Origin: Trichoplax adhaerens
Lineage: Eukaryota; Animalia; Placozoa
Length of the DNA stretch: 64,000 nt
Assembly: GCF_000150275.1 (NCBI RefSeq)
Contig: NW_002060943.1
Span: 8,955,070-9,019,069, forward strand
Direction: 5' to 3'
In this document: one piece after another, positions 1 through 12,498 of the stretch
How positions within the stretch are numbered: position 1 is the stretch's first letter
How the letters are laid out: each line of letters begins with the position of its first letter
The notes under the pieces: model-generated
What the model saw: the letters and a program-made list of their open reading frames with translations, nothing else
The model's database searches: none
What the model was told of the DNA's origin: nothing
Position numbers and translations under genes: made by a program

Positions 1-26
1 TTTATTAATTTTGAATTCGTTATTAG

Positions 27-2742
27 ACTCAATGGCGTTAAAGTCGCCATTTCAATGGTTTAAAGCCAATGTCAACAGTTCCGGATATTACTGTGTAAAT
101 TATGATCATGATACGTGGAATCAACTTATTCAATTACTGAAAATTGATCATAAGGTAAATGTCCTAATTCTTTACTTTTAACAATTACTTTAACATAATT
201 TCTGAATGTTCATGAAAAGCAATATATTTTATAGTAGTAATCGTTTTTTCAATTATGTGCTATATTCCATACGTTAGAAATTAAGCCCTTCTGACAGAGC
301 AGACCTAATAACCGATTCCTGCGCATTGGCTGAGTTAGTACAAATTTGATACTTTAAAGAGGCTATAAAAAGATAATTCTTAGCATGAAAGTAGCAAATA
401 TAATATTCAAATAATGACAGGCTGTATCTTTCTTATAGAATTGGCGAGTTAAATATTAATATTTTCTTCGGTACAACGGAATATCTTATTCATGAGAAAG
501 ATGAATTACCACGAGATATGGCATACAATTGCCTGAAAAAAATTCGTTCGTCTTTACAAAGAAAGGCTGATCGAGATAATTTACTAGTAAATAATATCGT
601 AAAAAGCATGATTTTTACTAATAAATAAAGTTATCATAAGAATATAGATTAAGCCAAGAATTCCCTTACATAACATCATCTTAGAAACAATTTATGATAT
701 ATACGCGTATTCTTTTGTTAATTCTCGCCTCCGCTTGCGCTATTAGAAATACATTGCATATCTGAAACTAAAGCCACCGCCCGATTTAGACAAAGATAAT
801 CTGGAAATGGATGATTATAGCTTCCAGTTATCTTCCCAGAATGAGTAAGAATATTTATATGGATAGCCGAAAATATAGCAGAATATATAATAGCCGTTTT
901 ATTGAATTACTTTCTAAGTTAACATCCGCTAATCGTCGATGTTTTTTACATTACTTTTATTCTATCTAATACATTTACTATAAACACAATAGCTCTTTAA
1001 ATTTAAAACTTTATCAATTTAATTGCTAGCCAGTTTGATTGTGCTATATTATAATAAATTAAGTGCTCTAACCTGTCTAGCAATAAGGAAGACAGCTTAG
1101 AAAAACAATTACTAGCTCTTATTCGTGATGGAACACCAGCTAATTGGTACAGCTTATTTTACCAGTATAAAATGTCAAAGAGGAATTGGGAAAAAATTTC
1201 TATGATTAAAGCTCTGGCATCAACTCCTCATCAATTCTTAATTAAGAGGTGAATAACCATCATAACAATTATCCTTATGTCAGCTTACAATATGCTATTA
1301 GCTTATATCTAGAAAACTAATACAGGTACATAACGGTTGATTCATTTTATATCTAGCCTATTAGAGCTCAGTCTTACCAATAAAGAGCTGTCTCCTAGTG
1401 ATCTAAAAGATATACTAGTAGCAATTAGCCGGAATAGGATTCATAGAAAAAGCCTTTTGAACTTCATGACAGAGAATTGGAAACAATTGGCCGAGAGGTA
1501 ATTTAGGAAATAAATGTTTATAAAATAATTGATAAGCAAGAAAGCGATTTTTATGGTAATGAGATACTTTAACGCTTTATGCAATCACGATCAAATTTTT
1601 TCTAAATTAGGTCTTCTCCCGTAACCATGAAACTGATACTAGATGATCTTGTTCAACAACCTGAAATACACGATAATACACTTGAGGTAATTCAAATAAG
1701 ATTAATTATAATCATTCTATAAATGTCAGCAAAGTGACAGAAAGTTATGTTAGTAATATTATCAAACTGAGATTTATGAATTTTTATGCATGAATATGTT
1801 TCATTCTAAATTTTAGTTAAATTAAGCTCCATAGTCTAATATTCCCTCTCTCTGGCTTTCATTTAACAATCCTTATATTTCTTTCGCAGCAACAACTGTA
1901 TTAGCTCTCCAAATTAATAATATTTGCATAACCAGTAAACTTAGATTGTACAGTGATGTTGTTTTATTCATCAATCTAGATATCGTTATGTAAATTTCAG
2001 CGCATTAAGATACTTTACCAGAGTGTGGATTACCGTAATCAGTATGGTGCTGAGTTGCTTTAAAATACTAGTGGAAAAAATTTGCTGAGTAACTCATATA
2101 TTTGATCATAGTAGTCTGCCGTACTATAGCTAGATTGTTACAGTTATTATATAATATAAAGTTTAAAATGTTATCTACCATACTCTCTTTTATTATTTTA
2201 TGACTGTTTACATGTTAATCTACCGTAATGAACGTCCATTGCATACGATTTACAGTATACAACACCGAGCCTGCTTTCTTATTGAAAAACCCTGAGTGTA
2301 AATATCTGGTTACCGCTAAACCTATCCCTAATTTATGTTATCCATAAAAGTCTACAAAATAGATCAGTGCTGTCTACATTAGCTTATTTGCGATTGAAAT
2401 ACTCGTATTACTTACTAGTGATTACTTTATTCTTTAGAGCATAAATATTTTATCGTCGTATCGTATATTTTCCCTGGTTATACACGTACTTTAGATCTAA
2501 TGAATAGCCGCATCGGCATCAACAATATAATTTCTCTCAAATTTACACACTATTCTTATAATGTAACATAGGTTAGAGATTTTATCCAACTTCATAGCAT
2601 CGTCTTCCAGGAAGCACTTCAAAATGACTCCGATGAGAGGGAAAACTTTAAATTTTCTTTCACCAAAATAAATTCTAATAGAGCAAGTCATTGGCTTCGA
2701 AAAACAATTGAAAAACTAAAAAATGAAGGAATATTTAATTGA
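27..2742 (+). CDS. 3' part (ERAP1_C-type C-terminal domain) of a divergent M1-family aminopeptidase; spliced; 5' part lies upstream of the window
   Basis: Hand-spliced GT-AG exons at about 27-153 (WFKANVNSSGYYCVNYDHDTWNQLIQLL), 278-333 (LSPSDRADLITDSCALA), 440-586, 747-844, 1081-1248, 1357-1497 (ISRNRIHRKSLLNFMTENWKQL), 1611-1686 and 2572-2742 (VRDFIQLH...stop TGA). Motifs and intron positions parallel the aminopeptidase at 17271-23999. Confidence 0.85.
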
Positions 2743-5085
2743 GATTTTTTTATTAAATAATGGAAATGATCGACTATAAATTCTTATATTAAGTTCTGTT
2801 ATTGCCCGACATTAGATCGGTCAGGATATTTAATTCATGATACAATTTCAGCTGAACATTTATCTTTATTATAATTTCAGCAATCTACATTTTATTTTAG
2901 CCACAGGTTGTTTATACAGCAGTAACGTTCTCCCTCAACTTTTATTTTAAATTATAGAATAAGATAGGTACACTACAGTATATTGTATATTTGCTTAGCC
3001 TTTGAATAAAGGACGGCTTTTTGAATTAACCCTATTATTAGGAATAGTATCATTTTGTGGGTTTTAATAATCATTCATTTCTAAGTTACATATTATCTTA
3101 TGTAAATATATTTGCTTGCAATTAGATTTATAGATTGCACTTACCTTTAGAACAGTAATGATGTATCTATAAAGATGTTAACCCTCCAAATAAGCTCTAT
3201 AATAGCATCCATTTCCATCGATTAATTAAAATAGTAGTGGGAATACGCAATCTTTTTAATCTAGAAACTATTAACTCGCGAACGAATGCTACCGTTGATC
3301 GTCAGTTGCAGTTCTCACACTATTACTACTCGTCTTTCAATTTATAGTCCAGTAGCATTGACAAAATTTATTATATACTAGAATACCGGTCGGAAATTAC
3401 AGGAATATATCACGTTTTGATCGCAAATGTAGTATCAGAACTAATGGTATTATTTGTCTTTTATTATATCGAATAAAAGTCTTACCAATACAATAATGAC
3501 TGTATTTGAAATATTAAATCATAAATGATCTAAACACAAGCATAAATTTCTTAGTTTGAAGATTCCTTGTTTCACGGTATGCACTGTACTTTATTTTATT
3601 AATATCGAGTAAAATTTCCAATGTGTACTTAAAATAGATCATCTTGGAGGCAATTCGATTCGTATCTTAATAATCGAGTATTTAGATTTCTGACAGCCCC
3701 TAAAATGTCAACAATTGCCTCTAATTAAGGCTAATTTATTTAATTAAATGAACGTTTAACCTTTCCGCTCAAGTGAACGGCCAGAATCTAAAATGTAATA
3801 TCAATGACTGTATAGCGTTGGCAAAGCATCCAATCGCTTCATTGATACCATCTCAAACAAATTATTCTAAAAGCCTTTAACCTAAGAGATATTTAGTAGT
3901 TGATCTTGCATTGAGTACGATATCATAGCTATCCCTCAAGATCATCATACAACGTCATCAAAATAGGATTTTCATGATCAGTAAATTGGCAAATACAAGA
4001 TGTTTCGTTTTACTAATATTATTTTACGTATATTATATAAAGAACGAGCTACGAGTATGCGAGTTTAAAAATTCCTGGATAAGGTTAACTGTCTTGTCGC
4101 AACTCAACCCGAAACAGAATTTTAAGGCATAAATTTTGATAGACCAAGTAAAATAAACATTTTAATGGCCTAAAATTTTTTCAATTTTGTTAACTTTCAT
4201 ATTATACAGTTAGAAACGATAGAGTAGCAATTTTAAGTTTTCTAGTTTTATCATTATACTGTAAGGATTCTTTAAAATCTACCGTAAGAACTTACTTTAA
4301 TAAAATTTAATGAATTGAAACACTTATTTCCGTTTAAGTATGTATTAAACTACAAAGAGATACGAAACAAACAGCCCTTCTTTCTCCTTGAACGAATGTA
4401 TTTATATACGAATCCCTCACAGTACAATAACAGATACACCATATGCTAACCGACTATTATCAACTTGTATATTTTAGAGTCTCAAGATTCAGTTTCTTCT
4501 ACTGTTTAAAGTTCAGTGACCTGAATTATCCTTTTTTTAAATATTTATGATAGCTTAACGTTCAGTATGACAATAATTAAAACCAAATAATTTTTGAAAC
4601 AGTAGTCGCAATCACATTCCTTTCGTGTTCGCTTACATATTGTTTTCCACTTAAACAACTCTATGCAATTTGATATGCCAAAAATTTTTGTGTACAATTA
4701 TAAGGTATACAAGTGAATCAGTTGGCCGCATGGTAACAACTTCGTTTATTGTCTACGTTAAAATCAACATCGTTACTGATGCAATACAGATATACTAATA
4801 ACTATACTTTAATCAAGTTAGATATTGTTCTTCGTATAATATATTAGAATCGACAACTATAGATAATTATCCATTACGTCACGATATCCAATAGTAATAT
4901 TGAACAATAAAATCCAATATCCAGTGGTGTTAAAACAATTTTCAAAGAGATGGTATAATTTTCTATCCATTATACTTGGTACTAGCTATTGCTATAACGA
5001 ATTTACTCATAGCTTTAGTTTTTTAACTAAGTTACTCGATGTTTTAGAATTTCTCTCAAATACTAAATTACAGAAAGCAAGCAGA

Positions 5086-5286
5086 ATGCCTCGTTCAAGC
5101 GCAGCTTATGTCGTCGTGGATAATATCGCTGATTTTCAGCCAAAATCTGTTTCACGTCGTGAATCAACGGTCCAATTCTCGCCAAATCACACCAAAATGC
5201 ATTTAATTATCGCGTATATTACTGTTGCTTTGACAGTTTCCGTGGTCGTTGGGGTTTTAATTTATCTTTTCCAAAACAAAAAGTAA
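5086..5286 (+). CDS. 66-aa single-pass membrane microprotein, paralog A (HLxxAY family)
   Basis: ATG at 5086 (the ORF-track start at 4900 is TTG). MPRSSAAYVVVDNIADFQPKSVSRRESTVQFSPNHTKMHLIIAYITVALTVSVVVGVLIYLFQNKK. The C-terminal TM helix aligns without gaps to the ORFs at 10155 and 12286. Confidence 0.75.
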   Translation: MPRSSAAYVVVDNIADFQPKSVSRRESTVQFSPNHTKMHLIIAYITVALTVSVVVGVLIYLFQNKK

Positions 5287-8051
5287 TATTAACAAGATTA
5301 CATAGCAAAAATATCAATTCGATTGGTAAGTCTATCATTTAAGCCTTTACTGAACAGAGAATATGGCTGATTATTCATCTCTACTAAGATATCAGTTTCT
5401 GGATAAAAATATAAGTATTTACTTTCAAGTTTAATGAAAACTTGAAAGCAAACTTAGACAATACGAACGGAAAAAATTGATGTCTTATCTTTTCGGAAAC
5501 GTTTATTCGTAGCATTTGATTTACTTGGATTGCTTATTGTCTACCGATTTTATTTGGCCATATGAATTTTAACCTTTAACTAAACAATTGACATCTGGTG
5601 TGTATTAATGCACATGCTTGACTATTAAATACTGTACCATAGCACTAGTTAAGATGTGTAGGTCAGGATCGAGAATTTTAAATAAAAATGAAAAATGTTA
5701 ATGAAAACCATCTTGATATCTACACACGACAAAGGCGTTAAGAATGGTGTAGATGATTCACATGATTATAAAATAGAAGTTCAGAAAGTCGCCTGATTTC
5801 GAAGAATAAATACATTGACGATATTATAATCGTCGAGTTGACAGTATGCGAATTAGATTTCTTTAACAGCAGACAGACATTGGATCCGAAGTTTAAATTG
5901 ATAAAATCAAATTTATTGGAAGCCTGAAATACTCCGTCGTATCAATCTCAAACTGTGAAGGTTCCATTCTAGTACACAGTATAAGAAAAATGCAATCATT
6001 TAAAGGAAATTAATTTATTTCATTTGGTGATAATGTAATCAGGAATGATATCCTTCATAAATATAATAACATTTTAAGATGGTATATTAATTAGGTAATT
6101 TTGGTTTTGAAATCAAAATATATGATCATGTAAGATATGAAGGTTAATTCGCATTGTGATCTCAACTTTATCTAAATGTGAGTTTTTATTTGTCAATTAT
6201 AAAATCAGACATGGAACTTATATCGGTATCGTAATTCTTTTAAGGTGTAAACTTGATAAGAGAGTAACTTAATAAAGCTTCTGTATTACAGCTTATCAGG
6301 ACGTTCCATATTAAATTTAACTCTGTAGTCTTGAGATAACTTAATAAAATAAGTTTTAACCCGTAATTGTTATTATCATTTTTTTGTTTTCTGATATCTG
6401 TACACAAAGTTTACTAATAAAAAACGGTAATTCTTGTTATAGTACTATAATAAATAAATAGTATGCTTCCATATAAAGCTCTCTGTTATATAAAAATAAG
6501 ATCTAGATTTTTAAAAGCAAGGATATTGGCATGAAACTAATATTGAATTATCATTTAATTTAATAATGATGCGATTTTGTGTATCTTTCATTTACTGTAA
6601 AATGAAAGTAAAGCTTTTTAAATACTATTTGTGTTACAATACAAATAAATGCTACTTGCATTTAATGTGTGCAATTTTAAAATACTCCATCAAAGGTAGC
6701 AATTAGCGTTCAACTTACGAATAGCTTCGGTTATATTGCTATTCTTTAAGATATTTGATTCTAATGGAAGACGAACTCTGACAAAGATAGTAACAGATTG
6801 GCAATCCTCCTTATATAATATTGTGAATATAAGTGGACAACTCAGAGTAGAAATATTTTATTGTATATCTGAGAAATGTTGTCGAATATTCTAATTACAA
6901 ATTATTGATCAATTTCATTGCTAGTCAGAATAAATCGATAGAGATTGATAACCTAAACGGATTTTAGACATAAATTTCTTCTTGCAATTAGTGAAACAAT
7001 CTCCACCGCTATTTGTTATTGTACTGATGTAGATGAGATAATTACTTTAACACTTTGTAAATTTTATAAATAATAGAAACCATTATAATGCTCTTGTTTC
7101 AGGTCATCACACCTCTCGTTCAATATAAGTTCTTATTGCCAGAAAAGTATGTTTCGAAGGTTATATATATACTGATTACAAAACGGTATTGCTATTTCTT
7201 GGCTGTAGAATATTAGTGTTGTCGTATAGCATTTATTGCATTTAACTTGTAAACCTAATGTACTCGTATATGGGCTGTAATAGTCTCAGAATATTTTACA
7301 TGCTCCTTTCTAGTTGGTTCAATATACCATTTTTAGTGTAAATTATAGTGACGATATTACGTGGAAAAAATCAAGAAGCTCCGATCTCGCCCTACAACGT
7401 GATATAATATCCTCGTACAATATAATACAAGCGTAAATCATCTCTAAATTCTATCTACTTAATAATCTCAATCTTCAAAAGTCTTTGACTTCATAATAAA
7501 TTAGAATTTGGCCACTTTTATTCTCGTCAGCTATATTATTGGTACTTCGTAAATGCATATTAAGTACAATTTACCCCTCTAACTATTAGTTTACCTGGCA
7601 TGAAGCATTCATTTCAACCTGATATACAGTTTGATCAAGAAGTAGTATTACTAAGCTGCTTTTACTTTATTCTGATCCGATCGAAAAAGATTGATGCGGA
7701 TTATAATTGCTTGAAAATAAGTCTATCATAACGCTTTATTAATTACGAATCGTATAACAGTATTGCACCGGCCATTGCAAGTGATTTAATAACTTTTTAA
7801 AGTTTCACTCTATTAAAGGATACATTCAATTCGTGCATCCTATCATGGAGTTAAAAAGACTTCAAAGATTTAGAAAGTTTTTTACCATATAGTAGTGGGT
7901 AAAATTTTAAATTACTGAATAATGCAGTCTCATACATTCAATAGTGCATTACTATACTGTACCGTGTAAATGCAGTCATAGATTAGTGGGTGTACTGCAT
8001 CATCTACCATAGTAGTCCATGATCCAAAGTACAATTCAGTAGAGTGATAAC

Positions 8052-8178
8052 CGTGATACTTTGCGTACTTGTTCACTAGCCGAACAAAGTAGAATCTTAC
8101 TACACTAATTAATACCAGACAGTCTAGACCTACATCTCGTGATACTTTGCTTACTTATTTACTGACAGTAAGTAGAAT
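8052..8178 (+). repeat. Short imperfect direct repeat (~42 bp, two copies)
   Basis: CGTGATACTTTGCGTACTTGTTCACT...AAGTAGAAT (8052-8095) versus CGTGATACTTTGCTTACTTATTTACT...AAGTAGAAT (8138-8178). Confidence 0.7.
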
Positions 8179-10154
8179 ATTAAATAATTAATGAATTAAG
8201 GTTAGGAAGTAAAGTTAATCAACTCTATTATGCAATTGTATCCTATGCTTATGGTCCGTGAGTTGCATGCTAGTCTACATGTACTACTGTAGACTAAGTA
8301 GGATAACAATCAATCACGATATGCAGATGATTGAGGATCAGGATAAAATAATTATTGCAAATACACACTACGAGATCCCGAGATAGCTACGTAACATGTA
8401 TATGTATTACAGCAAAAGCAATACTATTTAACAGTCTTGAATTTGCACTACCTATCTGCAACTACAGTGCTTCATACTATATATGACATGGCTAAAACCC
8501 GATCTCGGTTAATATGCATTCAACCTGCTAAAGCCCGAATTGAAGGCAAAAGTATTACATCTTCGGGCTTGTGCCGGTTATTATCTACTTTACTTTAGTG
8601 TAGTTTACATGCTTAGTGGTACTGCACATATCACACTCGTTTTAGTGTACAGTACAGCATAGTAGATAACTTATTCTCATCCATCAAGGTACTGTGAAAG
8701 AAGAAGGCTTAATCTCCATGCTATTGCATCCCATTTTCCATTGCTTTTCATTAGAGACCCTTAGGGTCTGTACTTTTCATAATATGCAATAGTCTAATCT
8801 TGTAGCACGCCTTCATCACCCCTCGAATAAAGCCTCTTTTAAAGACATATCCTCTCTTGCTATTCCTTTTCCCTTAGTCCCCTCACTTGCTTACTACCCT
8901 CGAATTATAATCATGGTTACTCCTGACCTGCGTGGAGTGCTTCTTTTACTTTTTGGAGCTAGATATCTGATAGAACTCGTTACATCACTACATACACGTA
9001 TGTCTTGTAAATATCATACATTCTGCAGTAATAAAATCAGTTCTCTAGCAAGCTTAGTGAACTCAATAACGTTGTGTTTCCACTCTTAGTCGTTAACGTT
9101 AACACGAGGAACTTTGATACACTCCTACTAGTAAGCTTACTGAAAAGTCTCTTTTATTTAGGATTTACTGCATTTAAATAGTATAGCTGTAATGGCGTAT
9201 TATACCCTTATCTTAGTAATTCATTACCTTATCTTATGCTAACACGTTAGGTGCAGTACAACAAGTCACTGTATTCTTACATACATAACAAATAATACTA
9301 CAGTAATAAAGGTTATGGACAAAAGGTGGTAAAGCTAGTACAGGATTGCAGAGGCTACTTGTATAGCTCACTTTTATCGAAGTCAGATAGCCACACAAGT
9401 TATTATCCCCATCGTCTGGCTATTCCAATAGATTACTAATGCACAAAGAATTGTATACTGCTGAAACCGACCGTACATGTACCTGTGACTGATGATTTGT
9501 ATTACAAATTTCAAAGAGATAAAATAACTCAATACTACAGTAAAAATGAATAGAAATATCAAGAACCAGTTGATTAAAATTGCGATGATCTGTAGACGTA
9601 AAATTTAAGCCAAAATTGAGAATAAATGCCTTGAAAGTTTATAGATCTAATTAAAGGCAATATTATAGCTGAACGGCTTGCAACCGATCTAGAAAGCTTG
9701 CTACACCCCTTTACTCCATAGTGTATGGCAATCATAGACTACTAGATGCATTTAGTAATCCATGGTAGCGGGGTAGGAGAGACAGAGATGGAGAAAGACA
9801 ATGAAGTCGCTATAGCAACAGTGACATCTTTGTCAGATTGCATAATTTAGCAACTCCGAACGATATTGTCCTAATCGTTGTATCTTCTATAATGTATTGC
9901 TCAGTGATTACTGAACAATTGCTTTTTTTAATCAATTCTGGCCACAGTGTAGTGTAGAGCAATTGAAGTCGAATCCTACCACAGCGTCCGGATTAGAGAT
10001 CAAAGTCTTAACATCTTTGAATAGAGAACACGTATCATCAACATTGGCCACTTGTCAAGACTAAAAGTCTTAATTTTCTTCATCATTTGTAGATGAATGA
10101 TCCAAGCTCTGTTCAGTAGTGTTTTTTTCTCTTCTACAAATATCAATATCTTAA

Positions 10155-10280
10155 ATGAAGAACGAACGCATTTATACTAAACAATCTCATACTCACTTGA
10201 TTGTGGCCTACATCATTGTGGCTGTTTTGATTTGTATCATGATAGGCTTACTGGCTAGATTATTTGCTAGACCAGTATAA
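10155..10280 (+). CDS. 41-aa single-pass membrane microprotein, paralog B (HLxxAY family); possibly N-terminally truncated or decaying
   Basis: Below the ORF-track cutoff; read by hand: MKNERIYTKQSHTHLIVAYIIVAVLICIMIGLLARLFARPV*. Shares H,L,A,Y,V,A,G,L,L positions with paralogs A and C, using synonymous codons. Confidence 0.65.
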   Translation: MKNERIYTKQSHTHLIVAYIIVAVLICIMIGLLARLFARPV

Positions 10281-12285
10281 TATCATGAAACAACTGCTAT
10301 GGAGCAAATATAAAATTGGTCATAAAATTTTTAAGTTAGCATGGATTAGATACGAATGGAGCTACCCATAAAAAGATTAAGATGTAAAACAATTGGCTAT
10401 TATTAAGCACCAATTATTTGAGTTTGATATACCGTGGCTGAACTCCTATTAATTTTTTAAAGATTATTTGTACGATCACCTTCGGCACTAAAATGTCGAT
10501 ATTAATGGATATCGATCTAAAGTGGCAATATGATTCTTATTATGGATATAAGCACGCCTTTAAGTGCGTACCGTATCTCTCTAATTTTTCTATCAAAGAA
10601 TTTACTCGAGGCAGATCAATCTTACCAAGGTTTTTTAACGGAAATGATGACAAATTGATTTTTCGAAAGAAGTCGAAAGAATAGTTATTTTTCCGAGCCT
10701 AAATAATTGTTATGTTTATTAACAGATAATAGTAGTATGTTTATTGTCGGTATATGGTAGTTAACGGTAGTGAAGATAAAATTATCATTTAATTAACAGA
10801 AAGAACGCAGTAAGATAACTTGTACAAATTTTTAGGAACACATCAAAGAACTTTCTACGTATGTAAGCCTAACGATGCCCTTAAAAGCTGGATGATTTTT
10901 TAATCTCCACTATATACTTACAGTGTTAATGTGGAAGTACGCTTTGAACTTGAACTGAATGCAGGTATAAGTACATAAGAGAATTGTAGTGAGAACAAGA
11001 GTAAGTGTATATAATAGAATTGATTAAATCTGGAAGCTCACAGCTAAGTCTAAATGCATCTTAGGATTCTATAAGACTGTTTTGTTAGACCAACAGCAAT
11101 TGTAAAACATCTACTTAGCTCCTAATTTAAAGAAGTTAAACTTTAGTCTGTAACTTTATACCTACGCGAAAGCTTCTTAGCTTAGGTAAATTTTTACCAA
11201 CTCTGTTTAAATAATTAGGTGAACTATATCGTGTTTTAGTTAAATTAATAAAGAGCATTTCTATAGAATTGCTTTAGAAGTTATAATAAGAAAATTTGAA
11301 ATTGCTTTATTGCAGCAATGTGTCTAAATAAATCCTCTAGTTTAATAGCCCCGAGTCTTTTAAATAAGTACTCGTTAAGGTGATTGATAATCGTATACAT
11401 AAATTTAAGTTCATATAATGTCAAATAGACTCATTTTGTTGTCATTTCTTGAGCCATCATAAATCGTTCCAAAATGAGTCGACAATTCTATATCTTTCAC
11501 TGCTATAACTATAAAATCTGCGTTTACGTTGGTCTAAAATAAGCACATATCTATTATGCCATGTCAAAAATAGGATGCAGACGATACTTAGCATTGTAGC
11601 ACTGTAGCTTGTACTCTGAATATTCAGTATAATATAACCAACTGTATTCGATGTTATTTACATAATTACATTTAATTTTAAGATATGCAGTTAACCAAAG
11701 AATTTTATGAGTATTTAAGTTCCTGTCAAATATTTCACAAGTAGCCTATTAACTTGATTCTACTGTATAATAGCACATTGTAAATATTCTCAATTCTTAA
11801 TAGATCTTGCAATGAAATATTCTCACCTTAGGCATTAACACTAGCTTAATTTTTTATTTGATAAGTTGTGACTTTGACTTCATACATTTTAATTAACTTT
11901 GCTGATCTCATAGAAATTGTAGTGCCTCTAGCTGTGTAACCCGGTAGCTAGTGTTCTCTCTTTATGCAATAAATAAGTAAGTCGTAAGACTAAGAATTTT
12001 TATCAAAGACTAACCAATAGCATCAGAAGTCAATTGTTTTGACTAATGATGCGTGTATCAAATCTCCTATTGAGTGAATAAATAATCACTGCTGCCGATT
12101 GGATAAAGTTATGCTACGGTGTCTATCAAGGATTCATATTAACTATAATATTTTCATAATCATTCCCTATTTTTTAAGTCCCTGACTGCCAGAATTTTCC
12201 CGTTTCTATCACAAAAAGAAGGAAAAAAGAATTAAAGTTTTTCAGCTAACAATTAAAAACTGGGACGACGTTTCTTTGGAACAAA

Positions 12286-12498
12286 ATGTCTTCAATTCAG
12301 TATCAGAATATAACTAGTGAAGATTTCATTCCTGCTGCAACTGTAAAAATTACCAAGCGTTACAGACGTAGTAGAAGAAGACCAATGGTAAAGAATGAGG
12401 TGCAAGTCCATTTAGTTGTAGCGTATTTAATAGTAGCGCTGTTTGTCATTGCGATGATTGGATTATTGGCGTATCTGTATCGAGAACAGCCGCAATAG
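12286..12498 (+). CDS. 70-aa single-pass membrane microprotein, paralog C (HLxxAY family)
   Basis: MSSIQYQNITSEDFIPAATVKITKRYRRSRRRPMVKNEVQVHLVVAYLIVALFVIAMIGLLAYLYREQPQ*. Start context aaaATG; basic stretch followed by the shared TM helix. Confidence 0.75.
   Translation: MSSIQYQNITSEDFIPAATVKITKRYRRSRRRPMVKNEVQVHLVVAYLIVALFVIAMIGLLAYLYREQPQ

Noticed and set aside
4900-5085. N-terminal 62 aa of the 128-aa ORF-track ORF
   Set aside because: Begins at TTG in AT-rich sequence. The first in-frame ATG is at 5086, giving a size consistent with the paralogs.
7103-7146. Isolated exon-like segment (ag|VITPLVQYKFLLPE|gt)
   Set aside because: No partner exons or recognisable homology.
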